From an uncultured Bacteroidia bacterium (GTDB lineage Bacteria > Bacteroidota > Bacteroidia > JANWVE01): DNA of 64,000 bases. Below, piece by piece: positions 58,507-64,000 of the stretch. Below the pieces are notes generated by a model. That model worked only from the letters and a program-made list of their open reading frames with translations, did not search any database and was not told the origin of the DNA. Every line of letters begins with the position of its first letter. Positions within the stretch are counted from its first letter, which is position 1. The position numbers and the translations under genes are program-made. The stretch covers positions 192-64,191 of the forward strand of contig CALIZB010000045.1 in assembly GCA_938028625.1 (NCBI GenBank), in the 5' to 3' direction.

Positions 58507-59784
58507 ATGAAAAGATATACTTTTACTTTATTTACTATAATGTTATTCTGTGTTGTTTCTGCCACAGCACAAAGCCAGTTTATTTATTATTATCCTTTGA
58601 ACAACAATGCCAACAACAATCCTTTTAATGCTAACGTGAACTCTTTTCTTAATACTACTGACGCCACCAATGGTACACCTGTGGGCTGTTATAATGCAGA
58701 TATATCTGCCCAGAATAACAATGGCACTTGGGTGGTAAGTTCAGGCAACCGTTCTCCAAAATGGACAAACAGTGGTACTACATTCAGTATGTTGCTGGAA
58801 ACCGACTGGGCTAATGCTTCCAATGCAAGCCGTATCAATCTGACAATTACCTTTAAGCAAGGGGTTAATCCTGTAAATGTATCAGGAGTAACTTTTAACA
58901 TATATGACATCAATTCAGCGATATGCGGTACTACTACGGGTATTTTTATAGACTCTGTTTCTGTGAGAGGACGCAATACTGCCAGTGTATACCAAAACAT
59001 GACGTTAAGCAGTGTTAATTCTTGTATTACAGCAACAGGAAGCGGTACTTCCACGACTACTTTCAGAGGAGGAGCATCCTGCGGTGCCAACGCACTTTCT
59101 GCTACGGTTACATTTTCAGCACCTATCAGTACATTAGAAATTACTTATGCTTCGGGCAGAGGCTATCCTGCTAATGTAACTCTACCCTGTGCTTCTCCGT
59201 TTCCGCTTACTAGCTCTCAAGATACCCGTGTGCAACACATTATTATATCACCTATCAATCTTGGAGGATGTCCTCCTTTACCTTTACATGACTTTTCCCT
59301 CAAAGCCCTGTCCGACAACAATAAAACTGTTTTACAATGGAATACCAATTATTTTGATACAGAATCTGATTATATCATTGAAAAAAGCATAAATGGTGTA
59401 GATTTTTACAAAATCACTGATATTACTTCCTATACAGGAACTTATTATGACCATGATATATTCGGACAGTCTACTTTATATTACCGGATAGCAAAAACTT
59501 CCAAAGATGGGCAGGTATTTTATTCCAGTATTGAACAAATAACCTTAAAAAATGAACCATTTTTCACTGTTTTTCCTAATCCTGCACAAAACATTATACA
59601 CATACAGACAAACAGCACTTATTATATGAATACTCCAATCTACATATTTGATTATACAGGCAAAAAAGTAACTGAAATTATGCTCTCTTCTACTACCACA
59701 GAAATAGATATAAGTATATTATCACAAGGACTTTATTTCATACGTTCTACTGACGGACAAGTACGTTCATTTGTCAAAAAATAA
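58507..59784 (+). CDS. Secreted protein with T9SS C-terminal sorting domain.
   Basis: Signal MKRYTFTLFTIMLFCVVSATAQS. C-terminal …FPNPAQNIIHIQT…GLYFIRSTDGQVRSFVKK. Confidence 0.6.
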   Translation: MKRYTFTLFTIMLFCVVSATAQSQFIYYYPLNNNANNNPFNANVNSFLNTTDATNGTPVGCYNADISAQNNNGTWVVSSGNRSPKWTNSGTTFSMLLETDWANASNASRINLTITFKQGVNPVNVSGVTFNIYDINSAICGTTTGIFIDSVSVRGRNTASVYQNMTLSSVNSCITATGSGTSTTTFRGGASCGANALSATVTFSAPISTLEITYASGRGYPANVTLPCASPFPLTSSQDTRVQHIIISPINLGGCPPLPLHDFSLKALSDNNKTVLQWNTNYFDTESDYIIEKSINGVDFYKITDITSYTGTYYDHDIFGQSTLYYRIAKTSKDGQVFYSSIEQITLKNEPFFTVFPNPAQNIIHIQTNSTYYMNTPIYIFDYTGKKVTEIMLSSTTTEIDISILSQGLYFIRSTDGQVRSFVKK

Positions 59785-59847
59785 ACCCAAAAAACCATAA
59801 GCTCTGTGATGTGATACTTTTTTATACTTTTGCAGGGTTTTACTTCC

Positions 59848-60819
59848 ATGCAAGAGATAATTATCAGCAGAACAGACGCTATCGGAGATGTGGTTTTAAC
59901 CCTACCCTTGTGCGGCATACTCAAAAAACATTTTCCTGATACGAAAATTACTTTTCTTGGACAATCTTACACACAACCTGTTATAGCAACTTGTCAACAT
60001 GTAGATACTTTTCTTGATGTAAAAACCTTACCAAGCTATATTCCCAAAGTTGATATTATTATTCATGTTTTCCCGCAAAAACATATTCTCAAATGGGCAT
60101 ATCAGCATAAAATTCCTGTACGTATATGTACATATAGCCGCTTATATGCGTGGTTGTACGCTAATAGATTAGTATCTCTACACCGTAAAAATTCTGATTT
60201 GCATGAAGCCCAGCTTAATCTCAAACTTCTTAAACCATTGGGTATAAGTACAGAATACTCTTTGCAGGAAATCCGTCAGCATTATGGTATGACAAAAATA
60301 CCGCCTTTACCTTATTACATTCAGCAGTTAATTGACCCTAACAAACAAAATTGGATAATTCACCCTACTTCACAAGGTAGTGCAAGAGAATGGGGATTAC
60401 ATAAATACAAACAACTTATAGAACACCTCAATCCTGAACAATACAATATATTCATTACAGGTACAGAAAAAGACAAACTTTTTCTTAAAGAATGGATAAA
60501 AAATTTACCTCCGTATATCCATGACCTTACGGGCAAACTCTCTTTACAGGATTTAATTGCATTTATTAGCAAAATTGACGGTTTAGTTGCAGGCAGTACA
60601 GGACCTTTGCATATTGCTTCGGCATTAGGTAAAAAGGCTATTGGAATTTATCCTTCCATACGACCTATGCACCCTCAAAGATGGCAACCTGTGGGTACAC
60701 AGGCACAGTATGTAAGCATAGACAAAGACTGTACTGAATGTAAAAAAACACCCCAACATTGTGCTTGCTTGCAAAATATAAACTATACAACAGTACTCCA
60801 AAAAATGAACCTCTCTTGA
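59848..60819 (+). CDS. Glycosyltransferase family 9 (ADP-heptose:LPS heptosyltransferase-like).
   Basis: N-terminal IIISRTDAIGDVVLTLPL and GT9 body. Confidence 0.7.
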   Translation: MQEIIISRTDAIGDVVLTLPLCGILKKHFPDTKITFLGQSYTQPVIATCQHVDTFLDVKTLPSYIPKVDIIIHVFPQKHILKWAYQHKIPVRICTYSRLYAWLYANRLVSLHRKNSDLHEAQLNLKLLKPLGISTEYSLQEIRQHYGMTKIPPLPYYIQQLIDPNKQNWIIHPTSQGSAREWGLHKYKQLIEHLNPEQYNIFITGTEKDKLFLKEWIKNLPPYIHDLTGKLSLQDLIAFISKIDGLVAGSTGPLHIASALGKKAIGIYPSIRPMHPQRWQPVGTQAQYVSIDKDCTECKKTPQHCACLQNINYTTVLQKMNLS

Positions 60820-60870
60820 TAAGTATGTAAATATGATTTTTGTACAGACGCTTTTCTTTATTTTTGCAAT

Positions 60871-61488
60871 ATGACCTACTTTATTGGTATTACGGGGGGC
60901 AGTGCATCAGGTAAAACGTATCTGCTCAATAGAATTCAGGAAGCTTTTACGGATAAAGAAATCAGCCTTATCTCGCAAGATAACTATTATTTTGAATATG
61001 AAAAACAAATTAAAGAACCCGACGGAAGTGTGAATTTTGACCACCCCCAATCCGTAGATTTATTAGCATTAGCCCATGATATAGAACTCCTTAAACAAGG
61101 TAAAACCATTTCACGTAAAGAATATACCTTTAATAATCGTGATAAGATACCAGCTATTATTACTGTTCAACCTTCACCTATTATTATTGTAGAAGGTTTA
61201 TTCATTTATTACCAGCCTGAAATAGCTCGTCAGATAGACCTTAAAATATTTATAGAATCTCATGAATATGTGCGTTTAACGCGCAGGATTATCCGTGACC
61301 AAAGAGAACGCGGTAGAACTTTGGAAGATGTTTTAGAAGAATATAACAAGTATGTTGCACCCATGTATAAACGCTATGTAGAACCTTTCCGCGATGATGC
61401 GGATATTATTATTCCTAACCATAAAAGCATGACCAAATCTGTGGATATGGTTATTTTATATCTCAAACACCTGCTCCAAAACGGATAA
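60871..61488 (+). CDS. udk: Uridine kinase.
   Basis: P-loop IGITGGSASGKT and Udk-like body. Confidence 0.85.
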   Translation: MTYFIGITGGSASGKTYLLNRIQEAFTDKEISLISQDNYYFEYEKQIKEPDGSVNFDHPQSVDLLALAHDIELLKQGKTISRKEYTFNNRDKIPAIITVQPSPIIIVEGLFIYYQPEIARQIDLKIFIESHEYVRLTRRIIRDQRERGRTLEDVLEEYNKYVAPMYKRYVEPFRDDADIIIPNHKSMTKSVDMVILYLKHLLQNG

Positions 61489-61573
61489 AAACAATATTAG
61501 TGTTGAGTAAATTTTGTAATTTTTATATCGTATAAAGTTTTATCCTATCAAAATATACAGAATTAAAGTTCAA

Positions 61574-62230
61574 CTATATACTATTTTCTAAAACTAAAAG
61601 TAAATCTCCACTTTGATACGTAATACGTACTAATCCATTTTGCAAAACCTCGTTGCTTGTTCCGTTACGATAGCCTAAACGCAATTCTTCGCTTTTAAGC
61701 GGATATTTAAGGTTTTCTGTAATAATTCCTGTTACGGTACCTAACGGAATAAGTGAAACCACTGTACCTTTTGTAAAATACTCTTCAAAATGTTTGGGTA
61801 ATGGCATACATACAGAATAATCATCATACAAAATAATTTTCTCAAAAACAGAGCTAAACCTTGCTATATTTACCACATTATTGATAGTATGGTCTAAACG
61901 TTTGCCTGTTGCCCACAGAATATTTACCATTCTAAACTCATTCTCTTGTAACCAATACAATATCTTTTCTAAATCTGTATATTCTTGGTCAGGGGTGTGA
62001 ATAATTTTAATTCTTGGATACCTTGCTATAATTTCTTTCTCGTCTAAATAATGGTCAAAATCTCCTGCCCATACATCAGGAATGAGGTTATATTTTTGGC
62101 AATGTTCTATACCCCCGTCTAATACTATTATGAGCGAATTAGGATGTTTTCTAAAAATTTTACTTAATAATTCTTCTGAACAAGGTTCTCCATTAGCAAA
62201 AACCAAGGCATCTTTAAATGTTTTATTCAT
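61574..62230 (-). CDS. Thiamine diphosphokinase (TPK).
   Basis: …PDVWAGDFDHY… catalytic motif and TPK-size C-terminal thiamine-binding domain. Confidence 0.5.
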   Translation of the reverse strand: MNKTFKDALVFANGEPCSEELLSKIFRKHPNSLIIVLDGGIEHCQKYNLIPDVWAGDFDHYLDEKEIIARYPRIKIIHTPDQEYTDLEKILYWLQENEFRMVNILWATGKRLDHTINNVVNIARFSSVFEKIILYDDYSVCMPLPKHFEEYFTKGTVVSLIPLGTVTGIITENLKYPLKSEELRLGYRNGTSNEVLQNGLVRITYQSGDLLLVLENSI

Positions 62231-63350
62231 ATCTTCTTTCTTTCCATGTAAAATTAGGACGCAAACTTACTATTCCTGCCCATATTACATATAAAACTTG
62301 AAAAATTTGACTAAATACAAAAATAGCACTACACTTCCATAAGTTTTGTCTAAAAAATATAAACATTTGTACCATTATACTGTATTCTGAAACTATTTTA
62401 CCTATCCAATAACTTATGCAAAGCATTCTTATTTCACTCAACCATACAGAAAACACTGTATTTAATATCAAAACAAGATAAAAAGCATATAAAAACATCA
62501 GTTCTATGGTTAAGCCTTTTCTTTGATAGTGTGTTGCTTTGGATATCCAGCGTTTGCGTTGTTGTATAAATTCTTTTAATGTATGCTGTGCAGGCGTATA
62601 CACAATTGCGTCAGAATGCTTGCAAAAGCGTATACTCTCCGGGTTTTTGTACTTTGCATGTATTTTGTGCATTAAAAGTTCATCATCACCAGAAGCTAAA
62701 TGTGTACTACCTTCATAACCATTAACTCCTATAAAAGCACTTTTACGATATGCAAGATTAGCCCCATTACACAAATTAGGTCTATTGTGATATATAGCTC
62801 CCGCGCCTATACCTACCAAGCCCATAAGTTCTATTTGCTGTATTTTTTCAAACCATGTATTTGCTTGTAATAATACAGGTGCAGAAACGAACTGTACTTT
62901 ATCCTCAAAACAGGATAGAATCGTGTATAGCCAATACTCGTTCATAGTACAATCTGCGTCTGTGGTAATGATAATTTCGTATTTTGCGTGTGCTATTCCA
63001 TATTCTATGGCTTGTTTTTTACCTTGTTTTTCTTTGGGAATACGCAGATATTCTATCTCATGAAGATAACTTTTGATTCTATTATACAAATCGTCTTGAC
63101 TATGGTCATTGATAATAAGGATTTGTACAGGTATAGATATATTTTTTTGGCTTAAAAGGCTTTTTATCAGATGCGGTATATGATGAGCATCATTTCGTAC
63201 AGGAACAAGAATACTTACACCTTTAAGAGAAACGTTTTTATCAATAATTTTTGTTTCATATATTCCCACAGCATGATACAACATAAAAATAATATAGTAT
63301 GCTAAAAGCACTATACAAAAAACATAAAAACCATACAAAAAGTACAGCAT
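62223..63350 (-). CDS. Family-2 glycosyltransferase, membrane-associated.
   Basis: VSILVPVRNDAHHI…IINDHSQDD…TDADC (DxD-type GT2 motifs) plus C-terminal TMs. Confidence 0.65.
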   Translation of the reverse strand: MLYFLYGFYVFCIVLLAYYIIFMLYHAVGIYETKIIDKNVSLKGVSILVPVRNDAHHIPHLIKSLLSQKNISIPVQILIINDHSQDDLYNRIKSYLHEIEYLRIPKEKQGKKQAIEYGIAHAKYEIIITTDADCTMNEYWLYTILSCFEDKVQFVSAPVLLQANTWFEKIQQIELMGLVGIGAGAIYHNRPNLCNGANLAYRKSAFIGVNGYEGSTHLASGDDELLMHKIHAKYKNPESIRFCKHSDAIVYTPAQHTLKEFIQQRKRWISKATHYQRKGLTIELMFLYAFYLVLILNTVFSVWLSEIRMLCISYWIGKIVSEYSIMVQMFIFFRQNLWKCSAIFVFSQIFQVLYVIWAGIVSLRPNFTWKERRYE

Positions 63351-63355
63351 AGTAT

Positions 63356-63682
63356 TTATTTAACCCATTTTGGAGGTGTCCAGTACCAACCTTTTTCGGA
63401 TTGTGTCCAGTGACCAGGCTGATATTTTTTACCTGATTTACCTTTTATCCATTTTCCTTTTACCCAGGAATAACTTTGCGTTTTGCCGTTCCATTTCCAG
63501 TAGCCATCTACCCAAAAGGTATTTTTAGGCTGCTTAGGTTTAACCTCCTCTTTGGGTACAGGTGGTGCCACCGAAATATACATTATTTTAGGTTCTTTGG
63601 ACTTTTTTTGGGCATACAGGTTGGGTGCATACAGCATGCAGCACAAGGTAAAAAAGGTTGTAATCATTATTTTTAACTTCAT
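63356..63682 (-). CDS. Small secreted protein with W-x-x-G-x-W type repeats.
   Basis: Signal peptide MKLKIMITTFFTLCCMLYAPNLYAQ, then GYWKWNG / YSWVKGKW / GWYWTPPKW repeats. Confidence 0.45.
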   Translation of the reverse strand: MKLKIMITTFFTLCCMLYAPNLYAQKKSKEPKIMYISVAPPVPKEEVKPKQPKNTFWVDGYWKWNGKTQSYSWVKGKWIKGKSGKKYQPGHWTQSEKGWYWTPPKWVK

Positions 63683-64000
63683 AAGCGTTCAAAAATAGAA
63701 AAAAATTATGAAAGTCAATACTTTTGACACACATCTATTCTAATGCTTATTCAAAAAAGCTATCTTATCAAATTTTATGCTTTTTTAGTGGAAATAAGTT
63801 TAATTATATTTTTTTGTCAAAGATTTGCTTTGTATAGTTTTATTTTGCATTTTTGTAATGTAGTTCTTTGAAATAGCGGGGTATTTTTTATTTGTACAGG
63901 ACATATAAAGTGGTACTATATTTTGCTAAACTTTTTCCATTATGTACGAGGTTTATTGAGGTTTAGCATACTTCTATCATGTTTCAATTTCTTTACTTCA

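Noticed and set aside
1-64000. Searched by eye for tRNA-like T-loop motifs (GTTCGAATC-type), rRNA fragments, CRISPR-like regularly spaced direct repeats, and transposase/integrase-like ORFs.
   Set aside because: None found. The only notable direct repeats are the ~200-bp promoter/leader duplication and intragenic protein repeats (MORN, SBBP).

Overview
This is a low-GC (~33%) Bacteroidota-type chromosomal window. The phylum assignment rests on several Bacteroidota-specific signatures: four cargo proteins with T9SS (type IX secretion) C-terminal sorting domains, two GLPGLI-family proteins, DUF3592 and MORN/YwqK-type repeat proteins, and Bacteroidota-style lipoproteins. Housekeeping genes dominate, all recognised by motif-level reading of the ORF translations: a NuoN-like PF00361 protein, a Prs-like kinase, ECF sigma/anti-sigma, EttA, 2Fe-2S ferredoxin, SecDF, GatA, PurN, MltG, ScpA, KMO, ThyA, Udk, LolD-like, OmpA-family, GT2/GT9/ArnT-like glycosyltransferases. 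I found no rRNA, tRNA, CRISPR array, transposase or integrase.

The most unusual region is 5.3–8.2 kb. It holds a tandem-duplicated two-gene module on the minus strand: a small Sec-secreted, 4-Cys peptide followed by a GLPGLI-family protein. A ~200 bp, ~96%-identical direct repeat spans the promoter, 5'UTR and signal-peptide codons of each peptide gene, while the mature peptides have diverged. Each repeat carries a poly-T/A tract of different length (11 vs 13) in the promoter spacer. The adjacent TonB-receptor-like OMP gene has its signal peptide thrown out of frame by an A10/T10 homopolymer. Together these look like a candidate phase-variable, diversifying secreted-peptide/GLPGLI system.

Other points: a decayed TPR–CHAT (caspase-like) gene whose CHAT core is deleted but whose tail remains; a large T9SS adhesin with a single in-frame TAA replacing the Tyr of a conserved YRDC motif; two GC-rich intergenic islands of unknown nature; an orphan NuoN-like gene translationally coupled to a Prs-like gene.

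Coordinates of inferred internal starts are ±1–3 nt. My manual indexing disagreed with the ORF track by one base near 7741, so indels there cannot be excluded.
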